Part shown: one piece after another, positions 17,301 to 26,347 of the stretch | Position numbering within the stretch: the first letter of the stretch is position 1 | How the letters are laid out: every line of letters begins with the position of its first letter | Origin: Gemmatimonadota bacterium | GTDB lineage: Bacteria > Gemmatimonadota > Gemmatimonadetes > Gemmatimonadales > GWC2-71-9 | Length of the DNA: 64,000 nucleotides | NCBI GenBank assembly: GCA_039588295.1 | Contig: JBDHAB010000002.1 | Location: forward strand, 14,766 to 78,765 | Reading direction: 5' to 3' | Translations under genes and position numbers: made by a program | Notes under the pieces: generated by a model | The model's input: only the letters and a program-made list of their open reading frames with translations | Database searches by the model: none | Told to the model about the DNA's origin: nothing

Positions 17301-19931
17301 TCAGTTGCCGTACTCCTCTAGCAACCGCTGAAACCGCGGGTGGCCGCGCAGCAGATTCCACGTGGGGTCGACTCTGAGCATTGCAACGGACGTGGGTGAG
17401 GGAACAGCCAGCAGGATCTCCAGTTGGTCAATAGCGGCGTCGTACTCGCCCACCGTGGTGTAGATACGCGCCAGGTCTTCAGCCCTGTAGGCGCCCATAT
17501 AGGCTTCCTTGCTCATGGGAAGTAGCTCAACAGCTGACTCACCTTCGCGGATCGCATCCTCCCTGCGACCGAGACCAGCATAGGCGATGCCCAGAGCACT
17601 CCGGTACCGAGAATCATCGGGGCGCTGCTCCACCCTGGCCTCGAGAACGGAGCGCGCCGAGTCATAGTAGGCTTGTTCGAGCTGCCGGCTCCCCATGAGA
17701 CCGTAAATCTCGGCATGAAGCTGGGCCTTCGGCACAAAGCGGTCTTGAAAGTCGACCACGAATTCGGACGAGATCGAGGCAAGCCTGTCGAGCGCTTCCT
17801 CATAGTCCCCATCCCATATCTTGAGCAGAATCCACGAATACACGATGCCGACGTCCTCTCCAATGCCGGCCCGTTCAGCCTCCTCCAGCACTAGTGCTGC
17901 CCTTTCCGCGCTGCCTTCCAAGCGGAGGTGCAGAAACGCTGCCTTGTTTCCATAGGGGGCGGCCCAATCAGGCGTCAGGGAAATGGCGCGGTCATAGAAG
18001 CGTCCTGCCTCCGTAGGGTTGCGCAAGAGGAAGTAGGTTTCCGCAACCTCGTTGACCCTAACCGCAGAACGCGGGTCAAGCTCTGTAGCCTTCTTGAAGT
18101 TGGCCGCTGCCTCTTCGAACTTCCCCTGCCGCCGCTGCACGGCAGCGATGCCGAAGAAGAGCTCGCTGTTGTTGGGCTGGCCTTTCCGCGCAATCGCAAA
18201 CTCGGCAAGGGCAGATTCATAGTCGAGCTGACCCTGGTAATAGTAGAACGCCAGAGCCCAATGTGCTTCCGGTAGGTCGGGAGCGAGCCGCAAGGCCTGG
18301 TCCACCGCTTCCTTTGCAGCTGTCACACGCTGTTCGGTCCGGTCGTAGACCAACCACCACATCCTCATATGGGCCCGGCAGAGCCGAGCATATGCCAACG
18401 CGAAATCCGGGTCCAATCGGACCGCATTCTCGTACATTAGGACGGAGGCCCGAGTCGTCTGCTCATCGGCGTTACGATGGAAGTAATCATGGCCCCGCAG
18501 GTAGTAGTCATACGCCTCCAGGTTGTCCGTCGGCCTTGCAGCCAGGCGTTGACGCTCAGGCTCGAGCAGGGTCACATCCAATGCCCCAGCCACCCGCTCA
18601 GCGATTTCCGCTTGGACGCGGAAGATATCGCCCGCCGCGAGTTCCACAGTACCTGGCTCCGACCACAAGGGCGCATCGTCTGAGACACGGATGAGCTGCG
18701 GGATGATACGGACTTGATCGACACCATCGGGCACACGATCCACTCGCACCGTACCCTCGAGCACATAGTCCACGCTCAGCTCAGCCCCGATCTCAGGGAG
18801 CGTCATCTCGTGGTCCTTATACTGCATCGCACTCGTGCGGGAGATGACAAAGAGCCCACTAAGGTTGGACAGCCGACTTATGATCTCGTCCGTCAATCCG
18901 TCGGCAAACTGTTCGTCGTCCGGTGAGCCAAGGTTCTCGAACGGGAGCACGACGAGCCTTGGCGGACCCTCGGGCTCTGCGCTGAATGGCCACGCGACCA
19001 GCATCAAGATTGCCACCAGAGCGACAACCCCAATCGAGACGAGAACCGGCACGGTCAGTTTGCGTCTCGCCGGGGTGCGGTGTGTGGCAACACTCAGCCG
19101 TTCTACGCTCAGCACCTCACCGAACTGCGCCGCCGTGCCGAAGCGATCGGCTGGCACCTTGGCCAAGGCCTGTTCGACAGCAACCTCGACGCTCGTTGGC
19201 ACACGCCCCCGCACCACCGAAATGCGCGGCGTCGCTTCACTCAGCTTCTTCGCGACAATCGCTTGCGCGCTCGGGCCGGTGTACGGCGGCTCACCCGCGA
19301 GCATTTCATACAACACACAGCCCAGTGAGTAGACATCACTCCTTCCGTCGAGCTTGTCCGCTCCGCTTGCTTGCTCGGGACTCATGTACGCGGGGGTACC
19401 GATGCTGATGCCCGTTTCGGTCAGATGCTCACCACCTGCCTCGGTAATGGCCCTGGCAATGCCGAAGTCGGCAACTACTGCTTCACCCGCCGAGAGCAAT
19501 ACGTTCTCCGGCTTGATGTCGCGATGGATCACATCGTGGCTGTGGGCATAGCTCAGGGCCGCTGCTACTTCACGAGTAATCTGCAAGGCGTCGTCGAGTG
19601 GCAGTTGCCCTTCCCGATTCATCCGGCCCCGCAACGTCTCGCCCTCGATGTAGGGCATGACGTAGTACAGGAAGCCGTCGGCTTCACCCGAATCGTGGAG
19701 CGGCAGGATGTGAGGGTGCGTGAGGTTTGCGGTCACTTCGACTTCGCGGAGGAACCGCTCGGCGCCGATGGCTGCGGCTAACTCAGGGCGCAGGACCTTG
19801 ATCGCTACCTGGCGATGATGCTTCAGGTCCTCGGCGAGGTAGACCGTTGCCATCCCACCACGGCCCAACTCCCGCTCAAGAGTGTAGCGGTCGGCAAGGG
19901 CGATTTTGAAGCGGTTGAGATCGTCGGCCAT
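17301..19931 (-). CDS. Hanks-type Ser/Thr protein kinase with TM, TolB-N-like and TPR domains
   Basis: LGRGGMATVY, HRDIKPEN, DFG, GTPAYMSPEQ; VVLPFENL...ADGLTDEI; TPR helices. Confidence 0.95.
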   Translation of the reverse strand: MADDLNRFKIALADRYTLERELGRGGMATVYLAEDLKHHRQVAIKVLRPELAAAIGAERFLREVEVTANLTHPHILPLHDSGEADGFLYYVMPYIEGETLRGRMNREGQLPLDDALQITREVAAALSYAHSHDVIHRDIKPENVLLSAGEAVVADFGIARAITEAGGEHLTETGISIGTPAYMSPEQASGADKLDGRSDVYSLGCVLYEMLAGEPPYTGPSAQAIVAKKLSEATPRISVVRGRVPTSVEVAVEQALAKVPADRFGTAAQFGEVLSVERLSVATHRTPARRKLTVPVLVSIGVVALVAILMLVAWPFSAEPEGPPRLVVLPFENLGSPDDEQFADGLTDEIISRLSNLSGLFVISRTSAMQYKDHEMTLPEIGAELSVDYVLEGTVRVDRVPDGVDQVRIIPQLIRVSDDAPLWSEPGTVELAAGDIFRVQAEIAERVAGALDVTLLEPERQRLAARPTDNLEAYDYYLRGHDYFHRNADEQTTRASVLMYENAVRLDPDFALAYARLCRAHMRMWWLVYDRTEQRVTAAKEAVDQALRLAPDLPEAHWALAFYYYQGQLDYESALAEFAIARKGQPNNSELFFGIAAVQRRQGKFEEAAANFKKATELDPRSAVRVNEVAETYFLLRNPTEAGRFYDRAISLTPDWAAPYGNKAAFLHLRLEGSAERAALVLEEAERAGIGEDVGIVYSWILLKIWDGDYEEALDRLASISSEFVVDFQDRFVPKAQLHAEIYGLMGSRQLEQAYYDSARSVLEARVEQRPDDSRYRSALGIAYAGLGRREDAIREGESAVELLPMSKEAYMGAYRAEDLARIYTTVGEYDAAIDQLEILLAVPSPTSVAMLRVDPTWNLLRGHPRFQRLLEEYGN

Positions 19932-20010
19932 GAGACAACTAAGATGTGACTTCCACTACAGCTGCGCGAGGTTCCCTTGAGCTTGGGGCCCTACTGGGCC
20001 CCACCGCCAC

Positions 20011-20036
20011 ACGGGCCGCCCTGAAGAGCGGCCCGT
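20011..20036 (-). terminator. Hairpin downstream of tRNA-Lys
   Basis: ACGGGCCGC/GCGGCCCGT inverted repeat; no clear U-tract. Confidence 0.4.
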
Positions 20037-20075
20037 TGAGAGTAGGAACTCGTTGAGGGCACGTACTAATCCAAG

Positions 20076-20148
20076 TGACCGGGCTGGGGCTCGAACCCAG
20101 GACCTACGGATTAAAAGTCCGTTGCTCTGCCAACTGAGCTACCCGGTC
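20076..20148 (-). tRNA. tRNA-Lys(UUU)
   Basis: 73-nt cloverleaf: acceptor GACCGGG/CCCGGTC, D-arm GCTC/GAGC, anticodon stem ACGGA-CTTTTAA-TCCGT, TTCGA T-loop; CCA not encoded. Confidence 0.97.
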
Positions 20149-20511
20149 ACGCTTCGGGAAAGGTCGCTAGCCCGAGTGGGAAGGACAAGATGAGACGGGG
20201 CAAGTTACGCGCTGGCGCCACGGGTACACTCAGTTTCCGCGGGGTTTTCCCTCGAAAAATGCGACCGTAGTCACTCTCGAGTGGGCCTCCACCGACGTGT
20301 GCTTCCCTCGTAAAACACGGGTCTTCTCCAGGAGGCTCCTGATCTCATCGTGCGATTTCCCCTCGACGGACAGCCGTGTTTCCGAGGGGTGCCGGGTTGG
20401 GAGATTGCGATTTCCCCTCGGAAAAAGGCTTGTTTCCCTGGGAGAAAGTCTTACTTTGGGGGGCGTACAGGGGCTGGTCATCCTCCATTCACGACCTTCT
20501 CTGAGGTTCAC

Positions 20512-20772
20512 ATGGCGAAGAAGAGACGCAAGACGAAGAAGAAAGCCACGAGAAAGAAGAAGGCCACGAGGAAGAAGAAGGCCACCAGGAAGAAGAAGGC
20601 TACCAGGAGAAAGAAGGCCACGAGAAGGAAGAAGACCGCAAAGAGGAGAGTGAAGAAGAAAGCGGCGAAGAGGAGAAAGAAGGCTACGAGAAGGAAGAAG
20701 GCTACGAGAAGGAAGAAGGCAGAAGAAGGCTACGAGAAAGAAGAAGGCCACCAGAAAGAAGAAGCCCGCTAA
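20512..20772 (+). CDS. Histone H1-like Lys/Arg-rich repeat region; likely the frameshifted N-terminus of the SWIB protein
   Basis: GAGGT RBS, ATG 20512; repeated (K/R)KKATR units; frame breaks at about 20720. Confidence 0.7.
   Translation: MAKKRRKTKKKATRKKKATRKKKATRKKKATRRKKATRRKKTAKRRVKKKAAKRRKKATRRKKATRRKKAEEGYEKEEGHQKEEAR
20536..20765 (+). repeat. Degenerate 18-nt coding tandem repeat (AAGAAGAAGGCYACSAGR)
   Basis: Directly visible purine-rich repeat units. Confidence 0.9.
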
Positions 20773-20809
20773 GAAGAAGCGGGCGAAGCGGAAACCCAGC
20801 GCGGCTTTC

Positions 20810-21046
20810 ATGAAGCCGGTGACGCCCGATGCCAAGCTCGCCGCTGTCGTCGGGTCGACTCCACTGCCGCGGACACAGCTCACCAAGAAGCTGTGGGCCT
20901 ACATCAAGCGGCACCGGCTGCAGGACGCCAGGAACCGCCGCATGATCAACGCGGACGCGGCGCTGAAGGCGGTCTTCAACGGCAAGTCCCAGGTGAACAT
21001 GTTCGAGATGACCAAGTTGGTGAACAGGCACCTGATGAAGAAGTAG
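20810..21046 (+). CDS. SWIB/MDM2 domain protein
   Basis: (SAAF)MKP..P...LAAVVG..PLPRT...KKLW.YIK...LQD..NRR.INAD..LK.VF.GK..V.MFEMTKLV. Confidence 0.95.
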   Translation: MKPVTPDAKLAAVVGSTPLPRTQLTKKLWAYIKRHRLQDARNRRMINADAALKAVFNGKSQVNMFEMTKLVNRHLMKK

Positions 21047-21318
21047 CAACGGCCGCGACGCAGTCGGCTGTAGCCGTTGAGGCAGGTTGTAGTGGTAGTT
21101 GGTGTTTCCTAGCAGGCCCAGTATTCCAGCCCCGCTTTGGGGGGTCGGCGCGCCCGCCGGCCCCCAAGAGGCCCCCCCCAAACAAGACGCTTCGCCTGCC
21201 TCGTTTCGTATCACAGCGACTCGTTTTGGTGCGGTCTTACGCAGCGTGACCGGCATCACCCGCTGCATCAAGTCGCTGTCAGGATTGTCGTTAGCTCCGT
21301 GGGGTGCCGATGGACCGA

Positions 21319-21335
21319 ACGGCACCCGCCTTGCG
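21319..21335 (+). promoter_or_regulatory. sigma54 -24/-12 promoter
   Basis: CGGCAC-CCGCC-TTGCG, GG(21321)-N10-GC(21333), about 80 nt upstream of ATG 21412; a sigma54 activator lies in the same gene run. Confidence 0.75.
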
Positions 21336-21411
21336 AATTGATGGCCCCGGAACGCTCGCCCGCTCTGGGCAGCAAGGACTGGAACCGAACGACAACGTGG
21401 AGGATGGATTC

Positions 21412-22185
21412 ATGAAACGCATCGCACTGACCCTGACAGCCGCTCTCGCTCTTGCGGCGTGCTCCGACGGCGCGGGCCCGGGTGGGCAACCCGGCGTGTC
21501 GCTCTCATTCTCGACACGCGCCCCCGGCGCCCAACCGACCGCTGGCTTCTTCGCAAGCGTGATGGCGGACACACTGATGGACGGGCAGAACGAGCTCATC
21601 ATTACGCAGGTCGAGATCGTGCTGCGCGAGATCGAGCTGAAGCGGCAGGAGGCATTTGCTTGTGACTCGAGCTCCAGCTCCGGCGTCGACAACGACGATT
21701 GTGAGGAGTTCGAGGTCGGTCCAACGCTCGTAGATCTTCCGCTGAACGGCACCACGGAGACCATGGTTACGATCGACATTCCGGTGGGAGCCTACGACGA
21801 ACTCGAATTCGACTTCCACAAGGTCAGCAACGACGACCCTGAGGACGCCGCTTTCCGGGCGCAGCATCCCGATATGGTCGGCAAGAGCATCCGGGTCCGT
21901 GGTACGTTCAACGGCGACGACTTCACCTTTGAAACGGACCTGAACGTCGAGCAAGAGTTCGACCTCGTCCCGCCACTCGTAATCGACGATGCAACGGTCT
22001 CGACCAACGTGACCGTGCTGGTCAATCTGGCTCGGTGGTACCAGGACGGGTCGGGCACGCTCCTCAACCCTGCCAGTGGCAACAAGGGTGGCGTCAACGA
22101 GAGCATCATCACAGAGAACATCAAGCAGTCTATCGAGGCCTTCGAGGACGAAGACCGCGACGGTGACGATTCGGATGAGAGCTGA
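21412..22185 (+). CDS. Acidic lipoprotein of unknown function (DUF4382-like), paralog 1
   Basis: GGAGGA RBS; lipobox LAAC; VLREIELKR; Cys pair; C-terminal DEDRDGD. Confidence 0.85.
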   Translation: MKRIALTLTAALALAACSDGAGPGGQPGVSLSFSTRAPGAQPTAGFFASVMADTLMDGQNELIITQVEIVLREIELKRQEAFACDSSSSSGVDNDDCEEFEVGPTLVDLPLNGTTETMVTIDIPVGAYDELEFDFHKVSNDDPEDAAFRAQHPDMVGKSIRVRGTFNGDDFTFETDLNVEQEFDLVPPLVIDDATVSTNVTVLVNLARWYQDGSGTLLNPASGNKGGVNESIITENIKQSIEAFEDEDRDGDDSDES

Positions 22186-22263
22186 GCCTCAGCCACGCTC
22201 GATGGAAGACCGCTGCGCGTGCTACATTGCACGCGTAGCGGCTTCCACGAGTTGGAGATTCTG

Positions 22264-23013
22264 ATGAAGCAGATAGGAGTTGTGCTGGCACTGGCCGGCA
22301 GCGTGGTCCTCTCGGCATGCAGCGATCCCACCAACCTCGAGCTCAAGGGCGGTGTGGCGGTGTCGTTTGCGACCCGAAGCCCTGCCCCGAGCGCACCGGC
22401 GCTCACTCCAGCCGTCGCACTCGATGACACCATCATCGGTGGCACCGACACCTTGATCGTTACCCGCGCTCAAGTCGTGCTACGCGAGATCGAGCTCAAG
22501 CGGCTCGAGACGGCGGACTGCGACGTGGAGCCCGAGCCGGCCGGCTGCGAGGAGGTCGAGGTGGGACCGGTGCTCGTTGACCTACCGCTCGTGCCAGGGG
22601 CCGAGCAACAGTTTTCAGTCGAGATTCCGACCGGAACCTATACCCGGATCGATTTCGAGGTGCACAAAGTCGGTAATGATCCCGAGGATCTCGCGTTTCT
22701 CGCCCAGCACCCTGAGTTTGCCGAGAAGAGCATCCGTGTGGAGGGAACGTTCAACAGCCAGGCATTCCTCTTCGAGAGTGACTTGGATGTCGAGCAAGAG
22801 ATCGATCTGCAGCCGCCGATGCTGCTCGCCGAGAACACGAACACCAACGTGACGATCTTTGTGGAAATCGATACCTGGTTCCGCGATCAGGACGGGACGC
22901 TGGTCGATCCCGCGACCGCCAACAAGGGCGGTCCCAACGAGAGTGACGTCAAGAACAACATCCAAAACTCGCTGAAGGCGTTTGAGGACCCGGATGGCGA
23001 CGGCTTGGACTGA
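22264..23013 (+). CDS. Acidic lipoprotein of unknown function, paralog 2
   Basis: Lipobox LSAC; shares VLREIELKR, CEE.EVGP.LVDLPL, KSIRV.GTFN, NKGG.NES, AFED.D.DG with paralog 1. Confidence 0.85.
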   Translation: MKQIGVVLALAGSVVLSACSDPTNLELKGGVAVSFATRSPAPSAPALTPAVALDDTIIGGTDTLIVTRAQVVLREIELKRLETADCDVEPEPAGCEEVEVGPVLVDLPLVPGAEQQFSVEIPTGTYTRIDFEVHKVGNDPEDLAFLAQHPEFAEKSIRVEGTFNSQAFLFESDLDVEQEIDLQPPMLLAENTNTNVTIFVEIDTWFRDQDGTLVDPATANKGGPNESDVKNNIQNSLKAFEDPDGDGLD

Positions 23014-23036
23014 ATGTCACCGGGCGGGCTCACGCG

Positions 23037-24362
23037 ATGAGTGACCGCCCCGCAATCGCGATCGTCCCGCTCTCGGAATCCTTCCGCCGAGCGTGGGATG
23101 ACATCGCTGCCGAGGTGGGCGCCGATGCCGTCGAACTCCAAGAGGCGGCGGCTCCTCCGGCCAATACCGTCGTCGTGATCGTGGCTGCCGGCGGGGAGGA
23201 AGACCGTGCGCTCGACATGGTGTCCGGCATCCAGCGCCCTGCGGGGGTTCCCCTCTATCTGGTCGGCGCCAAGGCCTCTCATCGGTTTGCCGTCGAGGCC
23301 CTGCGCCGTGGCGCCACCGACTACTTCGCGTTCCCCCAAGACCTCGACATCCTGCGGCGGAGCGTCGGCTCACGAGTGGATGCCGCGAGGGAGCGGTTCC
23401 GTCCAGCCGACGGTGAGGCAACCCGTGACACCTTTGAAGCACTCCAGGGGCAGAGTGACGCGCTCAACAGCGTGCTCGAGGCGGCCCGCCGCGTGGTGCG
23501 CCATGCGAGTGTGACGGTGCTGATTCAGGGGGAGACCGGCACCGGCAAAGAACTCTTGGCTCGGGCGCTGCACGAAGGAAGCCCGCGGAGTCAGGGGCCC
23601 TTCGTGGCGGTCAACTGCGCCGCGATTCCGCGAGAGCTCATGGAGAGCGAGCTCTTCGGACACGAGCGCGGGGCGTTTACCGACGCGCACGCCGCCAAGC
23701 CGGGACTGTTCGAGGAGGCGCACCGAGGCACGCTCTTCCTCGACGAGATCGGGCACCTGCCGTTGTCGCTCCAGGGGAAGCTCCTTCGTGCGCTCGACGA
23801 CCGTCGGATTCGTCGGGTTGGCAGCACCCAGAGCCGGGAGATCGACGTCCGGATCATTACGGCAACCCATGTCCAACTCGACGAAGCCGTGCGGGAAGGT
23901 GGATTCCGCGAGGATCTCTACTATCGCATCAACGTCGTGACGTTGACGCTGCCCCCACTCCGCGAGCGGGCTGCCGACATCGATCTCCTCGCAGGCCACT
24001 TCGCCGAGCGACTCGCCGCTCGGTACGGCCTGCCGGCACCACGCATCACTCCCGAGGTTAGCACCGCGCTGCGGGGTTATCGGTGGCCCGGCAACGTACG
24101 GGAGCTCCAACATTCGGTCGAGCGCGCGTTATTGCTTTCCGACCCCGGGACGCTCAACCCCGCGCACCTGACGCCACAGGCACCACCCGCCCGCGCCTCC
24201 TCTGGGGGAGCCATTCCGTTTCCGGCCACGGTCGACGAGATCCTCGCGGCTGCGGCGCGCGCCGCGATTACGCAGTACGGGGGTAACAAGACGGCTGCGG
24301 CACGGCAACTCGGGATCTCACGTGCCAGACTCCAACGCCTGCTCGAGCGCGGTGAGGCATGA
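23037..24362 (+). CDS. sigma54-dependent transcriptional activator with a degenerate receiver domain
   Basis: GETGTGKE, ESELFGHERGAFTDA, LFLDEIG, FREDLYYR, WPGNVREL, Fis-type HTH GNKTAAARQLGISR. Confidence 0.95.
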   Translation: MSDRPAIAIVPLSESFRRAWDDIAAEVGADAVELQEAAAPPANTVVVIVAAGGEEDRALDMVSGIQRPAGVPLYLVGAKASHRFAVEALRRGATDYFAFPQDLDILRRSVGSRVDAARERFRPADGEATRDTFEALQGQSDALNSVLEAARRVVRHASVTVLIQGETGTGKELLARALHEGSPRSQGPFVAVNCAAIPRELMESELFGHERGAFTDAHAAKPGLFEEAHRGTLFLDEIGHLPLSLQGKLLRALDDRRIRRVGSTQSREIDVRIITATHVQLDEAVREGGFREDLYYRINVVTLTLPPLRERAADIDLLAGHFAERLAARYGLPAPRITPEVSTALRGYRWPGNVRELQHSVERALLLSDPGTLNPAHLTPQAPPARASSGGAIPFPATVDEILAAAARAAITQYGGNKTAAARQLGISRARLQRLLERGEA

Positions 24363-25375
24363 TGATGACCGGACCGCCGCATTCCGCCGACTTCGACGAT
24401 CCCCTCGTGAACGCTCGACGAGCGGTCAACGTGAGTCGGTTCCAGGATGCCTGGACGGAACTGAATCGCCTCCCCGAGCCCGTGCGGACGTCACCCGAAG
24501 GTCTGCTGCTCGGTGCGATGGCGAGCTGGCGGCTCGGCGAGTTCGTGCGCAGCCGCACGGCCGCACTGCAGGCGCGCGATGGGTTTCGGGCGCGCGGCGA
24601 CACCGACGGCGAGATGCGCGCCGAGAACGTCGCCGCAGCCGGCGCGTTCGCGCTGGGCAACATGGACGAGGCCGAACGCGGTTTCACCCGGGCGCTCTCC
24701 CTGGCCGATGAGCTGGGGGACGATCTCATGATGGCGCGCTGCGCGAACAACCTTGGCAACGTCGCCTACTACCGGTCCCGCTACGAGAGCGCACTGAGCT
24801 TCTATCGTCTGGCGACCGCCAATTTCGAGAAGCTCACGTTTTGGAAGGGATTCGCCGAGAGTTGGCTCAACTCGGCAATCGTGCTGCACGACGCTGGATC
24901 GTTCGAGGCCTCACGGGAAGCGGGTGCACGCGCCGTCGAGGCAGCCGAGCGTTCCCGCGATGAGCGGGTACTGGGACAGGCGCTGGCAGCGCGCTCGGAG
25001 GCCGAAGTCGCGCTTGGAGATCTCGCACTGGCACTGGCACAGGCCACACGGGCCCTGGCGCTCGCCCAGTTGCACGAGCATGTGGTTGGTGAGGCGGACG
25101 CACTCCGGATCCTGTCGGTGATCGCGCGACTCAGGGGCCAGGCCGATCATGGAGAGGCGTTTGGGCGACGGGCGCTCGAGATCGCCCAGCGGGTAGGTGA
25201 TCCGTGGCGACGTGCTGAGATCCAACGCGACCTGGGAACGCTCTACGCGGCCGTTGGCCGCGCGCGGGATGCCGCCGCGGCGTTCAGCGACGCCGCGAGG
25301 GCGTTTGACGCCCTGGGTGCGGAGTCGCGCGCCGCCGCAATGCGCGAGCAGGCGGCGGCAGCGAACCAGAGCTAG
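24359..25375 (+). CDS. Tetratricopeptide-repeat protein
   Basis: ATGA overlap with the activator; repeats such as ARCANNLGNVAYY and AEIQRDLGTLY. Confidence 0.85.
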   Translation: MMMTGPPHSADFDDPLVNARRAVNVSRFQDAWTELNRLPEPVRTSPEGLLLGAMASWRLGEFVRSRTAALQARDGFRARGDTDGEMRAENVAAAGAFALGNMDEAERGFTRALSLADELGDDLMMARCANNLGNVAYYRSRYESALSFYRLATANFEKLTFWKGFAESWLNSAIVLHDAGSFEASREAGARAVEAAERSRDERVLGQALAARSEAEVALGDLALALAQATRALALAQLHEHVVGEADALRILSVIARLRGQADHGEAFGRRALEIAQRVGDPWRRAEIQRDLGTLYAAVGRARDAAAAFSDAARAFDALGAESRAAAMREQAAAANQS

Positions 25376-25989
25376 AAGAGACTCGGCTGCGCCAGCGGCG
25401 CGAACGAGATCCGGTGGTGTGGGGTCGGCCCGGTCCGGGCCAAGGTGGTGAGATGGTGATGCGTCGCGTAGCCCTTGTTCTCCTCCCAGCCGAAGCTCGG
25501 GTACCGCGGCGCGAGTCTCGCCATGAGGCGATCCCGGGCACACTTCGCCAGCACCGACGCCGCCGACACCGACTGACACAGGCCGTCTCCCCCAACCACG
25601 GGCTCGTGCTCCCGGCCCAACTCCGGCAGCGCGTTCCCGTCGAGCAGCACATAGTCCGGCGCGACCCGTAGACGACGCATGGCACGGCGCATCGCGAGAG
25701 CCGTCGCGCGCCGGATGTTCATCCGGTCGATCTCCCGCACGGAGGCCCCGCCCAGCGCCCACGCAACAGCGGCTCGCCTGACTTCTTCGGCGAGCCGTTC
25801 TCGTTCGGCTGCAGTCATGAGTTTGGAATCGCGCAGGCCCTCGAGTGCGGCCTGCCCCGGTGGAAACACCACCGCGGCGGCAATCACCGGACCGGCGATA
25901 GGACCCCGCCCCACCTCGTCCAGCCCGGCAACGGTCCGGAAACCCTTCGCCCAGAGCGCCCGCTCGCGCTCAAGCGTCGGGTCCGCCAC
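25372..25989 (-). CDS. rnhB: Ribonuclease HII
   Basis: AGLDEVGRGPIAGPV, LRDSK, LLDG, SAASVLAK, NKGY.T, HR.SF. Confidence 0.97.
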   Translation of the reverse strand: MADPTLERERALWAKGFRTVAGLDEVGRGPIAGPVIAAAVVFPPGQAALEGLRDSKLMTAAERERLAEEVRRAAVAWALGGASVREIDRMNIRRATALAMRRAMRRLRVAPDYVLLDGNALPELGREHEPVVGGDGLCQSVSAASVLAKCARDRLMARLAPRYPSFGWEENKGYATHHHLTTLARTGPTPHHRISFAPLAQPSLF

Positions 25990-26337
25990 CTAATACTCTT
26001 TCCGCTCCGGAATGCGGGCGGCTCTGCCGGCGAGTTGCTTCAGGTAGTACAGCTTCGCGCGCCGCACCCGGCCCCGTCGCACCACATCGATGCGCGCGAC
26101 GGTCGGTGAGTGAAGCGGGAATACGCGCTCGACCCCGACGCCACCGGAGACTTTCCGCACGGTGAACGTCTCGCTGATTCCACCGCCCCTGCGGGCGATA
26201 CACACCCCCTCGAACACCTGCAGACGCTGCTTGTCGCCTTCACGCACGCGGACCGAGATCCGGAGCGTGTCGCCCGGCCGGAAATCGGGGAGGTCGTCCC
26301 GCAATCCCTCGCGCTGGATCGCGTCCATCGGATTCAT
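25990..26337 (-). CDS. rplS: 50S ribosomal protein L19
   Basis: [36 protein letters not shown]. Confidence 0.99.
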   Translation of the reverse strand: MNPMDAIQREGLRDDLPDFRPGDTLRISVRVREGDKQRLQVFEGVCIARRGGGISETFTVRKVSGGVGVERVFPLHSPTVARIDVVRRGRVRRAKLYYLKQLAGRAARIPERKEY

Positions 26338-26347
26338 CGTACACCTC

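Larger units (their letters stand above)
15183..20119. mobile_element. tRNA-Lys-anchored genomic islet, no integrase
   Basis: Bounded by the tRNA 3' end and its duplicate; contains only two kinase genes. Confidence 0.7.

Noticed and set aside
19985-20002. GGGGCCCTACTGGGCCCC as an integrase arm-type site
   Set aside because: Position inside the islet edge is suggestive, but it is short and GC-rich with no integrase or matching copy at the other end
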